From the NCBI GenBank assembly GCA_036918135.1, contig JBALDB010000070.1, positions 1 through 25,468 of the forward strand: DNA of 25,468 bases, in the 5' to 3' direction. Shown piece by piece: positions 1 through 7,799 of the stretch (positions are counted from its first letter, which is position 1; each line of letters opens with the position of its first letter). The translations under genes were made by a program, and so were the position numbers. This DNA comes from Nostoc sp. (GTDB lineage: Bacteria > Cyanobacteriota > Cyanobacteriia > Cyanobacteriales > Nostocaceae). Under the pieces are notes generated by a model. It had not been told where the DNA came from, searched no databases, and worked only from the letters and a program-made list of their open reading frames with translations.

Positions 1-94
1 TACCTATTTGCCCAAAAAACCATCCATTGACATCTACCCAAAAGATTTACCTGCACTGCCTCCTGCTATTTTTTAGTTCTGTCGAACTCACGTT
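1..94 (+). mobile_element. Possible right end of an insertion sequence (3' end of a transposase-like ORF plus terminal repeat)
   Basis: Reading frames are open from the window edge (frame 3 ...PKDLPALPPAIF* stops at 76). They are followed by GTCGAACTCACGTT (81-94), which resembles cyanobacterial IS termini as I recall them. Similarity to the repeat protein on the opposite strand ends at about this point. The other end is not in the window. Confidence 0.25.
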
Positions 95-104
95 GTTTTA
101 GTGT

Positions 105-521
105 TCAGCCTAAACGCTGAAGTTCTATATGTGTTTGACCAATCAGAATTTCATCTGATATTGAAGCTGGTTGAGATGTAAGGTATTGGACAAAGTCTAG
201 TAATTCTACTTCAGTAAGTAAACTAAGCGTTCGCTTGTCATAATTTTTTTTAAGATGTTCCCGTCTGTGTTCTTGAGTCCAGCCTAACTGCTCTGTTTCG
301 GCATGTACTCGAGCAATCAGAATTTCCCATAATATTGCTGATATCGATTGAGATTCAAGGTATTGGAGGAAGTGTAGTAATTCTTCTTCTGTAAGTAAAG
401 TACGCGATCGCTTCCCATAGTATTTTTTGAGATATTCCTGTCTCTTTTCTGGCGTCCAGCCTAACCGCTGCATTTCAACATCTATTTGAGCTATTACTTC
501 AGAAAAATTCCCAGGTTCCAT
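105..521 (-). CDS. Tandem-repeat protein (2 full and 1 truncated ~58-59 aa repeats) paralogous to the C-terminal domain of 602..1486; probably 3'-truncated
   Basis: The motif E-x-x-[RQ]LGWT-x-E-x-R-x-E-x-LKK-x-Y-x-KR-x3-LLTE-x-ELL-x-F-x-QYL recurs with nucleotide spacings of 177 and 174 bp. The third copy ends QRLG* with TGA where the other copies have TGG (Trp). Confidence 0.75.
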   Translation of the reverse strand: MEPGNFSEVIAQIDVEMQRLGWTPEKRQEYLKKYYGKRSRTLLTEEELLHFLQYLESQSISAILWEILIARVHAETEQLGWTQEHRREHLKKNYDKRTLSLLTEVELLDFVQYLTSQPASISDEILIGQTHIELQRLG

Positions 522-552
522 AGTCTTCGTTACTGTTTCAACCGCCTACGTT

Positions 553-600
553 ATTTGTCATTTGTCCTTCCAATGACAAAGGACAAATGACTATTGACTA
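553..600. repeat. Inverted STRR-type heptamer pair forming a 13-bp hairpin
   Basis: GTCATTTGTCCTT (557-569) and AAGGACAAATGAC (579-591) are perfect reverse complements, built from TTTGTC[A/C]-type heptamers. Confidence 0.75.
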
Positions 601-601
601 A

Positions 602-1486
602 CTAAAATCCCGCTAGCGGGTCTGGTTGAGATTGGAGGTATTTCAGAAATCCGTACAATTCTTCTTCAGTCAATAAAGTACGCCCTCGCTTACCGTAGGT
701 ATTAATTAGATGTTCCCGTCCCTGTTCTGGTGTCCAGCCTAAGCGCTGAAGTTCAACATCTGTTTTGGCAATTACATCAGATAAATCTACAGGTTCAGCT
801 TTCTTCTTTCTCTTTCCTGTGCTTGTCTGGGGAACTGCATCTTCTTGAGGACTATAATTTCGAGGTGTAAAGGGTGTGACATTACTGGCAGAAATTCCCG
901 GAAAGGTTTGATTGTCCATCTGGTTACCAGAGAAGGTTTCCAAGTTTTCCCCTAGAGGCTCAAATTCTAGCTGTCGGTTAGCACTCAGAGCATACTGTTG
1001 ACCTAAATCCTGACTGTAGGTATTGCTTGTGCTTGGCGTGTCAGTTGTTAGTTGTAGTCTACTGGTAACACCTGCCGCCTCTGAATTGTCAGCTGTGACT
1101 GGTTCTGTTTTGGTGTTCCGCTCTCTGGTGGATGGTAGAGATATTTCTTTGTCGCTGACAACTGACCACTGAGGAGCAACAAAATCCTCATTCTTTGTAG
1201 AGGAATAAGTAGATTCACTCAATCCACCTTTGGTGTTCAAGGAAGGATTTGGTTGTGCCTGGGAAATTGATTCCTGTGGTGCATTAGTAATTCCCAAAAC
1301 TATTAACGCCCTAGTTCTGGCCTGGTCTTCTGCTGCTTCTATTGTTTCTGCTGCTGCCATACCCGTAGCACGGGTTACACCTTCAATTTGTACGCTTGCC
1401 CGGACAATATATTTTCCTTGAAAAATTTGAACTAATTCTGAAATTAGGCTGCCGTTGGGATACAAGCTCTGGAATTGAGCCAACAT
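602..1486 (-). CDS. Conserved cyanobacterial hypothetical protein: N-terminal alpha/beta domain (Rad52/ERF-like by motif), low-complexity linker, C-terminal helical domain
   Basis: 294-aa ORF. N-terminus YIVRASVQIEGVTRATGMAAAETIEAAEDQARTRALIVLGI, then an S/T/Q/N/P-rich linker, then C-terminal ELQRLGWTPEQGREHLINTYGKRGRTLLTEEELYGFLKYL. Confidence 0.8.
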   Translation of the reverse strand: MLAQFQSLYPNGSLISELVQIFQGKYIVRASVQIEGVTRATGMAAAETIEAAEDQARTRALIVLGITNAPQESISQAQPNPSLNTKGGLSESTYSSTKNEDFVAPQWSVVSDKEISLPSTRERNTKTEPVTADNSEAAGVTSRLQLTTDTPSTSNTYSQDLGQQYALSANRQLEFEPLGENLETFSGNQMDNQTFPGISASNVTPFTPRNYSPQEDAVPQTSTGKRKKKAEPVDLSDVIAKTDVELQRLGWTPEQGREHLINTYGKRGRTLLTEEELYGFLKYLQSQPDPLAGF

Positions 1487-1506
1487 AATACTGTTACCAA
1501 TCTAAA

Positions 1507-1569
1507 GGGGACTGGGGACTGGGGACTAGGGACTAGGGACTAGGAACTGGGGACTAGGAACTGGGAACA
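1507..1569. repeat. STRR1-like heptamer tandem array ([G/A]GG[G/A]ACT, about 9 copies)
   Basis: GGGGACT x3, AGGGACT x2, AGGAACT, GGGGACT, AGGAACT, GGGAACA. Degenerate inverted units (CCCCAAT/AGTCCCT) lie at about 1641-1671 and 1805-1811. Confidence 0.9.
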
Positions 1570-1669
1570 AGGGGAGCAGAGGCGAAGTTGCAGTAAGTCT
1601 TTCCCTTGTGCCCCTCTACGCTAGACCTCTGCCTCTTATGCCCAATCCCCAATCCTCAATCGTCAGTCC

Positions 1670-1806
1670 CTAGTACAGCTGGGTGGAAATAAACAGACCA
1701 TTCAAAATAGCGTAAAAGCCCAAAAGACAATTGTTTTGACACTTCGACTTCGCTCAGTGTAAACTTTTGACTTTTGAATGCGTGACTTACTCGGTAGCGG
1801 TACTAG
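1670..1806. mobile_element. MITE-like element (~137 bp) with CTAG-flanked terminal inverted repeats
   Basis: Ends are CTAGTACAGC and GCGGTACTAG (9/10 inverted match). Removing the element and one CTAG restores two tandem AGTCCCT heptamers. Internal CTTTTGA heptamers are present. Confidence 0.7.
1740..1759. repeat. Small dispersed repeat CACTTCGACTTCGCTCAGTG nested in the MITE
   Basis: A 20-nt unit with self-complementary CACT/AGTG ends that interrupts a TTTTGAC heptamer run. It resembles small dispersed repeats of Nostoc genomes. Confidence 0.55.
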
Positions 1807-2265
1807 TCCCTTTGAAAGTAATATTCTTGCTTTGTCTTTTGTCCCAATTGTAGCAGTAGCTCTTTTTTGAGGAAATTGTTAGCTAGTGCTAACTTACCTG
1901 GGTAGTCTTGTCTGTAATGCTATACTATTTACCCAACTTAATGTCTAGAACTATTTTCTGGAAGTGCGCTCTAAATCTACAATAATGAAGATAGGTTCGC
2001 CCTCACTGCTTATTAAGCTGCTCGCCTAATTGTTACCGATTCTACGTGTGGAAAAATTGGGTTTACCAGCAGTTCCTCCTAGTTAAAATTCAGAGTCTAA
2101 TGGCGTAAAATTACCTTTAATCTAGACAATCAAACACCTGTGGTTTACCCTGCATACCGCTTTGGGCAGCATGGAGAGTTCTCCAAACCCAGCTTCTCAA
2201 TAACCGTCGCGTAATTACCTAGCAAGGCTAAATCTTAATCAGGCGTACTTTCTAAGTTTGGTTAG

Positions 2266-2538
2266 ATGAAGGGATTTAAACCTAGACGAACTTTGAGAGC
2301 ATCGTGCAGTGAGAAGTCCAAAAGACGCCCAGAGTTGTCCGTGGGTCGGCTGACTCGGCTCAACACAACTTCGAGGGCTGTTTCTCGCAAGGGTAGGCAA
2401 AGCTTCCTTTCCTCAGAACTTAGGAAGCTTTGCCTCAGGGCAATTCGTTTGGGAGCTTGTTTCTGTAAGCCGTCAAAACCCTTTAGGCTTTTAATCAGGG
2501 TAAAGGTGAAAGGGAAAACACAAGAAGGGAAAGGTTAA
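2266..2538 (+). CDS. Possible small basic (Arg/Lys/Ser-rich) upstream ORF; may instead be a non-coding structured leader
   Basis: 90-aa ORF with ATG start lying in the long region upstream of zam. No recognisable domain, and it overlaps a strong hairpin. Confidence 0.3.
   Translation: MKGFKPRRTLRASCSEKSKRRPELSVGRLTRLNTTSRAVSRKGRQSFLSSELRKLCLRAIRLGACFCKPSKPFRLLIRVKVKGKTQEGKG
2395..2435. other. Perfect 14-bp stem-loop upstream of zam
   Basis: AGGCAAAGCTTCCT (2395-2408) pairs with AGGAAGCTTTGCCT (2422-2435) around a 13-nt loop. There is no U-tract. Confidence 0.8.
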
Positions 2539-2693
2539 AACGAAAAGGGGAAAGGTCTCAAGACAGGTCTTTTTCCCGTTTGTGCTTAACCCTTTGTCAG
2601 CCGACAGGGGTTACTTTTCGCCTTTTTTGATGAGGGCATACAGGAAAGAACCAGATTAAAAAATGATGTTTTGACCAAAGGTCGGTTCACTGC

Positions 2694-5048
2694 ATGGAAT
2701 TTTCAATCGCTACACTCCTTGCCAATTTCACTGATGACAAATTGGTGGCTCGTAAAGTTTTGGAAAAAAAACTTGGTTGTGAAGATGAAAAAAGTTTACA
2801 AAAACTTCACATAGCTTTAGATATTTTAGAAAAAATCGGTATTCTGGTGAAAGAACGGGGCAAGTATCGCCGTGTTTTGGAAGAGGGAATCATTGAAGCA
2901 AAACTCCGTTGTTCCAGTAAGGGTTTTTGCTTTGCTATTCAAGATGTGGAAGGAGCTGAGGATATCTACATCCGTGAGAGTCATTTGAGTAATGCTTGGA
3001 ATGGCGATCGCGTTTTGGTAAGAGTTCTCAAAGAAGGCAGTCGCCGTCGCTCTCCTGAAGGAGAAGTGAAGCTAATTTTAGAACGTTCCAACCACACGCT
3101 GCTGGCACGAATTAAGCAAGTAGAAAATGGTTTTCGGGCTGTGCCTTTAGACGACCGCTTGCTGTTTGAACTCAAGATTCAACCTAATGGTGCGAAATTA
3201 GAACAAGCGCTCGATCACCTCGCCCATGTGGAAGTCTTACGTTACCCGTTAGCTCAATACCCTCCCTTGGGTAGAGTGGTGCAAATCCTTGGTAGCGATG
3301 CGGAAGCTGCTGCTGATATAGATTTGGTAACATGCAAACACGACCTGTCCCGCACTTTCCCGGATAACGTCCTCGAAGCTGCTACGAAGTTACCTAAAAA
3401 GCTCTTAAAAGCAGACCTGAAAAATCGCCTAGATTTACGTAAGTTGTTTACCATCACCATTGAAGGAGTAAATGGAGACAGCAAAGTAATCGAGAACGCT
3501 TTGAGTTTGGAAAGAAATCCGAGCGGAAATTGGCTTTTGGGAGTTCATATCACTGATATTTCTCACTATATCCAACCTGACGAAGCTCTAGATAGAGAAG
3601 CACTCAAACGAGGCAAATCAGTGTATCTCGGAGAATTAATCCTGCCGATGTTGCCACCAACTGTGGCAGAACGCTGTTCTTTATTACCGGGAAGCGATCG
3701 CTTAACCATCTCTTTTTTAATTACCATCGATCCGCAATCAGGACAAATAGTAGAGTGGGAAATTCAACCTAGCGTCATTAACGTTGAAACTGCACTAACA
3801 ACAGAACAAGCCGAGGAAATTTTCTCAGGTGAATTTCACAATCAATCTCCAGAGGTGTTAGAGATACTACAAAACCTCCAAGCCTTACAGAGAGATTTAA
3901 AACAGGTAAGGTTAAGTCGTGGTAGCCTCCAGTTGAATCTACCACCCAGCCAAAACCCGTATTATGATGAGGGAATTCTTGGGACTGTGGTAGTAAACGA
4001 TTTACCAGTGCGATCGCTACTGACTGAGTTGGTGCTGCTAGTTAATCAATTGATGGCAACTCATTTAAATGCCCTTGGTGTTCCGGCTATCTGGCGAGTC
4101 CAAGGCACACCGGATATCGAAGATGTCCAGGAAATGCTGAAATTGGCAATTAATTTAGGCGTTGACTTAGCCCTAGATCCAGAAGTAGATATCCAACCAT
4201 TAGATTATCAACATTTGACTAGAGCTTTTGCTGAATCTCCCTCCGAGCAAGTTCTGACCTATTTGTTGCAAGATACTTTAAAGCCGTCTGCATACAGCAC
4301 CACCAAAGGATCTCACTTTGGTCTGGCACTAGGGCAGTATGTCCATTTTAGCGCCCCCTTGCGGCGTTACCCAGATTTGCTAATGCAAAGAGTGTATTAT
4401 ACTCTACTGGAACATGGACGCGATCGCCGTAACACCCGGGTGAGAGAACGAGTCAACTTGCGCCATTCCTCCAGTCACGCAGAAATTAACTGGAACGTTT
4501 TACCCCCAGAATTGCAACAAGAACTGCAAAGCGATTTGACTAGGGTAATTGTCCAAATTAACGATCGAGAAAAAGAAGTCCAAGAAGCCGAAGCTGATTT
4601 AGCAGGACTGCAAAAAGCCCAACTGATGAAGCAGCGGATTGGTGAGGTATTTCAAGGCGTGATTACTGGCGTTCAATCCTACGGTTTCTTTGTGGAAATT
4701 GAAGTACCAGCAGAGGCGGTTGAGTCTAGCAGTAATCTTGGTGTACCCCTGAGGGTAGAAGGATTGGTACACGTCAGTTCTCTCAAAGATGATTGGTATG
4801 AATATCGCGCCAGACAGCAAGCACTATTTGGTCGCAAAAATCGCGCTTCCTATCGATTAGGCGATCGCGTCGCCGTCCAAGTTAAGAGTGTCGATTACTA
4901 CCGCCAACAAATTGATTTGGTGACTGTTGGTAGCGATGGTATGGCCAAAGGTTTAGCTGGTAGTGTCTCTAATGACGATATTTCAGATTTATACTTAGCA
5001 AATGACATTGAATCTGATGACCTAGACCCTTATGCTGAGGATGAGTAA
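2694..5048 (+). CDS. zam: RNase II/R (RNB) family protein Zam
   Basis: 784 aa. Cold-shock domain (SSKGFCFA...DIYI...AWNGDRVLV), RNB domain (VHITDISHYI...DREALKRGKSVYL; HFGLAL...HFSAPLRRYPDL), S1 domain (FQGVITGVQSYGFFVE...EGLVHVSSL...YRLGDRVAVQV) and an acidic tail. Confidence 0.92.
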   Translation: MEFSIATLLANFTDDKLVARKVLEKKLGCEDEKSLQKLHIALDILEKIGILVKERGKYRRVLEEGIIEAKLRCSSKGFCFAIQDVEGAEDIYIRESHLSNAWNGDRVLVRVLKEGSRRRSPEGEVKLILERSNHTLLARIKQVENGFRAVPLDDRLLFELKIQPNGAKLEQALDHLAHVEVLRYPLAQYPPLGRVVQILGSDAEAAADIDLVTCKHDLSRTFPDNVLEAATKLPKKLLKADLKNRLDLRKLFTITIEGVNGDSKVIENALSLERNPSGNWLLGVHITDISHYIQPDEALDREALKRGKSVYLGELILPMLPPTVAERCSLLPGSDRLTISFLITIDPQSGQIVEWEIQPSVINVETALTTEQAEEIFSGEFHNQSPEVLEILQNLQALQRDLKQVRLSRGSLQLNLPPSQNPYYDEGILGTVVVNDLPVRSLLTELVLLVNQLMATHLNALGVPAIWRVQGTPDIEDVQEMLKLAINLGVDLALDPEVDIQPLDYQHLTRAFAESPSEQVLTYLLQDTLKPSAYSTTKGSHFGLALGQYVHFSAPLRRYPDLLMQRVYYTLLEHGRDRRNTRVRERVNLRHSSSHAEINWNVLPPELQQELQSDLTRVIVQINDREKEVQEAEADLAGLQKAQLMKQRIGEVFQGVITGVQSYGFFVEIEVPAEAVESSSNLGVPLRVEGLVHVSSLKDDWYEYRARQQALFGRKNRASYRLGDRVAVQVKSVDYYRQQIDLVTVGSDGMAKGLAGSVSNDDISDLYLANDIESDDLDPYAEDE

Positions 5049-5065
5049 ATACTTGTAAATATTCT

Positions 5066-5686
5066 GTGTTAAATAGCACTAAACCCCTGATTTTAGGCGT
5101 ATCCGGTGCATCTGGTCTAATTTACGCCGTTCGCGCTCTCAAATTTCTGTTACAAGCAGAATATAGTATAGAACTGGTTGCCTCTAAATCAACTTACATG
5201 GTTTGGCAATCGGAACAGGAAATTCGGATGCCAGCAGAACCAACCGGGCAAGAACAATTCTGGCGAGAGCAAGCAGGAGTCCCAGTTTCTGGTAAGCTAC
5301 GCTGTCATCCTTGGGGTGATGTTGGCGCTGGAATTGCCAGTGGTTCCTTTGCCACTCTGGGAATGATGATTATTCCGTGCAGCATGAGTACAGTGGCTAA
5401 GCTAGCAGTTGGCTTGAGTTCTGATTTATTAGAACGCGCTGCTGATGTCCAACTCAAAGAAGGGCGAAAACTAGTAATTGTCCCCCGTGAAACTCCTTTA
5501 AGCTTGATTCATTTGCGTAACTTAACTTCTTTAGCAGAAGTTGGAGTCAGAATTGTCCCCGCTATTCCCGCCTGGTATCACAATCCCCAAACCATTGAGG
5601 ATTTAGTTGATTTTGTAGTTGCCCGTGCTTTAGATCAACTAGATATTGACTGTATTCCAATTCAGCGGTGGCAAGGAAGGAAGTAA
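5066..5686 (+). CDS. ubiX: Flavin prenyltransferase UbiX
   Basis: Motifs LGVSGASG, IASGS, IIPCSMSTVAKLA, RAADVQLKEGRKLVIVPRETPLSLIHLRN and PAWYHNP. Confidence 0.95.
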   Translation: MLNSTKPLILGVSGASGLIYAVRALKFLLQAEYSIELVASKSTYMVWQSEQEIRMPAEPTGQEQFWREQAGVPVSGKLRCHPWGDVGAGIASGSFATLGMMIIPCSMSTVAKLAVGLSSDLLERAADVQLKEGRKLVIVPRETPLSLIHLRNLTSLAEVGVRIVPAIPAWYHNPQTIEDLVDFVVARALDQLDIDCIPIQRWQGRK

Positions 5687-5787
5687 AAAGGTAAAAGTAA
5701 GAAGGTAAAACAAATCATAGAGTCACTTTTTACTTTTACCTTTTGCCTTTCGTCCTTTGCTTTGTATCTTTTACCTTTTGCCTTTGT
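5684..5787. repeat. Degenerate inverted heptamer repeats (AAAGGTA/AAAAGTA versus TTTACCT/TTTGCCT)
   Basis: Purine-rich heptamers at 5684-5710 are mirrored by pyrimidine-rich TTT[A/G]CCT units at 5727-5787. Confidence 0.6.
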
Positions 5788-5788
5788 T

Positions 5789-6481
5789 ATGGCTGTAATT
5801 CGCTTAATTCTATTGGTGGCGGTACTGGGGGGACTAACACTGTTGTTATTTCAAAATTGGTCACCTCCCCTATCGCTAGTATTTTTGGGTCTGCGGACTC
5901 AACCATTACCGCTAGCGATGTGGGTTTTATTCAGTACTGCCGCTGGTGCTTTTACATCTATATTGATTGCTACGTTGTTTAAATTATCCAATTATTTTGC
6001 GGCAGGACAACGCCAAACTCCAGAAAGAAGATCCACAGCAACTTCACCTCGTGGTCAGGCAAATCGTAGAGAAGAACCTATATCTGGTCGTTCTAGTCCT
6101 CCACCAGCTAGTAAAAAAGCAGAACCTACTAATGATGGCTTTGATGATTGGGAGACAAATAGCAGTGAAGATGATTGGAACTTTGATGAGAAGTCAGAAC
6201 AAGCACCTACCCCTAATCCTCAAACTCAACAATCTAGAGACTCTAAAACTTACGAACGTCAATCACAACCTAAAAGAAGTTCTGGGTCTGGTTCAGTTTA
6301 TTCCTACAGCTACCGCGAGCCAAAAAATACAGCTGCGGGAAAAACTGAATCAATTTATGATGCTGATTATCGAGTAATTATTCCTCCCTATCAGCCACCA
6401 ACTACAAATCAAGCAGATGATGATGATTGGGAATTTTTTAATGACGATTTTGAAGATGACGACCGACGCCCCCGCCGATGA
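5789..6481 (+). CDS. LapA-family (DUF1049-like) membrane protein with a long disordered acidic C-terminus
   Basis: The ATG at 5789 (MAVIRLILL) is preferred over the TTG inside the repeat tract. Two TM segments flank QNWSPPLSLVFLG...LPLA, and the tail has DDW motifs and YDADYRVI. Confidence 0.8.
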   Translation: MAVIRLILLVAVLGGLTLLLFQNWSPPLSLVFLGLRTQPLPLAMWVLFSTAAGAFTSILIATLFKLSNYFAAGQRQTPERRSTATSPRGQANRREEPISGRSSPPPASKKAEPTNDGFDDWETNSSEDDWNFDEKSEQAPTPNPQTQQSRDSKTYERQSQPKRSSGSGSVYSYSYREPKNTAAGKTESIYDADYRVIIPPYQPPTTNQADDDDWEFFNDDFEDDDRRPRR

Positions 6482-6500
6482 AAGGTTTTAGGCTACGTCT

Positions 6501-6695
6501 TTACTTGATACCACACCGCTCTCTGGACTCTTGCTTGACTCTACCAGTCATGGCAGCTTCCTGCAAAGTCATAAAAGCATTAAAATCTTCCAAGTCATAA
6601 CGGGTAGTCAACAGTTGTCGCAGTTGATCTTCAGCTTCCAATGTCAAATAACCAGTTGTTAAAGCTTTTTGTACAACGTCACGAATTCGAGTCAT
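6501..6695 (-). CDS. Small conserved cyanobacterial hypothetical protein (~64 aa)
   Basis: MTRIRDVVQKALTTGYLTLEAEDQLRQLL...LQEAAMTGRVKQESRE, with a GAGG RBS just upstream of the ATG at 6695. Confidence 0.8.
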   Translation of the reverse strand: MTRIRDVVQKALTTGYLTLEAEDQLRQLLTTRYDLEDFNAFMTLQEAAMTGRVKQESRERCGIK

Positions 6696-7208
6696 AGCTG
6701 ACGCCTCATTCATCCTACTATTTTTTAATTCAGGCTTATTCAAGTGAAATATGCAGTAGTTTTTGTATCGAAACTTCCAATTTGCAAATATTTTTTGGCT
6801 AATTACGGGTAATAAGTCATCATTTACACCTTTATGCTTAAATAATAATTGTCCAGAGCTTGTTATAACTCAATTATTAAAAAAATTACTTTGTGTTCTT
6901 CAAAACACAGTATTATATTTACTTCAAATCAGCCACAAGAAAACAATCGAGTTCATCTAAATAGACAGAACTTGTTTCGATAAAGTTTCAAACAAGTTGT
7001 GTTAAATTTCTGTGAAATATAAAGATAGCTAAACAACATTTGCTAATTCACATAACAAAAGTTATTAAATTGATGATAAATTTATAGTTTACTTATACTA
7101 AATAATTATCAATCTAGTCGCTAAGTAATTTTCAATACATAAATAACAGTGAAAAGGGCAATTGATTTAACTCAAATATCTATAGTAATGCGCTTTGATT
7201 TTTGAACT

Positions 7209-7339
7209 TAAGTAGGTGAGTGGAAAAATTTATTGTTGAGAGAAGGCAGGAAGTAAGTGGCAGGAGGCAGGAGAAAGAAGGGTTTTAGCCTAGTGAATTT
7301 TTATTCACATAGTTTGGTTTTATTATACCGACCTACTTA
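7209..7339. mobile_element. TA-ended MITE-like element (131 bp)
   Basis: Perfect 9-bp terminal inverted repeat TAAGTAGGT / ACCTACTTA that extends imperfectly. Internal GGCAGGA heptamers, no ORF. Confidence 0.7.
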
Positions 7340-7799
7340 TTTGCGTGCAGGGAGTAGGGAATAAGAATCGACCTTTTTGATTTGAGAGTGAGTTTTTTAG
7401 ACAATCAAATTAAAAATCCTATAGTTAATACCTTCGCCATTTTTTATAGATTTGGGCGATCAAGCCAAACCCAACCTACGAATCGAGACATCTTTCGATT
7501 TGCCGAAAGTATTGATACTAGCAATGTTTAAATACGTAGAATAAATGCTAAGTCACTAAATCTTGATACTCAATGAAGGTGAAGAATTAAAGTCGCAAAA
7601 CTGACTAACTATGATTGGGTTATTGTCGGTATTAGTTTAGCGATCGCTTTTCCATTCTCAATCAAGTACCTGATATTGCTGGAACGCGTAGGTATGAGTC
7701 GTTAGGTTTATAATTGGAGATTGTGACTTGGCGAGAAGTTTGAACTAAGGCTTCCTTAAATCAAATCTTCAGTGACTTAGAATTGGAGCGAAGCAACTC

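Noticed and set aside
105..107. TGA at Trp positions (105-107 and 16147-16149) as evidence of recoding (genetic code 4) or selenocysteine
   Set aside because: TGA ends intact genes here (6481, 13540, 24646) and Trp is encoded by TGG elsewhere. Both cases lie in otherwise damaged genes.
1507..1569. Tandem repeats as a CRISPR array
   Set aside because: These are 7-nt units without unique spacers, typical of STRR. No CRISPR repeat-spacer pattern or cas gene was seen anywhere in the window.
6763..6960. 65-aa ORF and nearby AT-rich inverted repeat (6969-6998)
   Set aside because: TTG start, no RBS or motif, in AT-rich promoter DNA. The 9-bp inverted repeat is plausible by chance.
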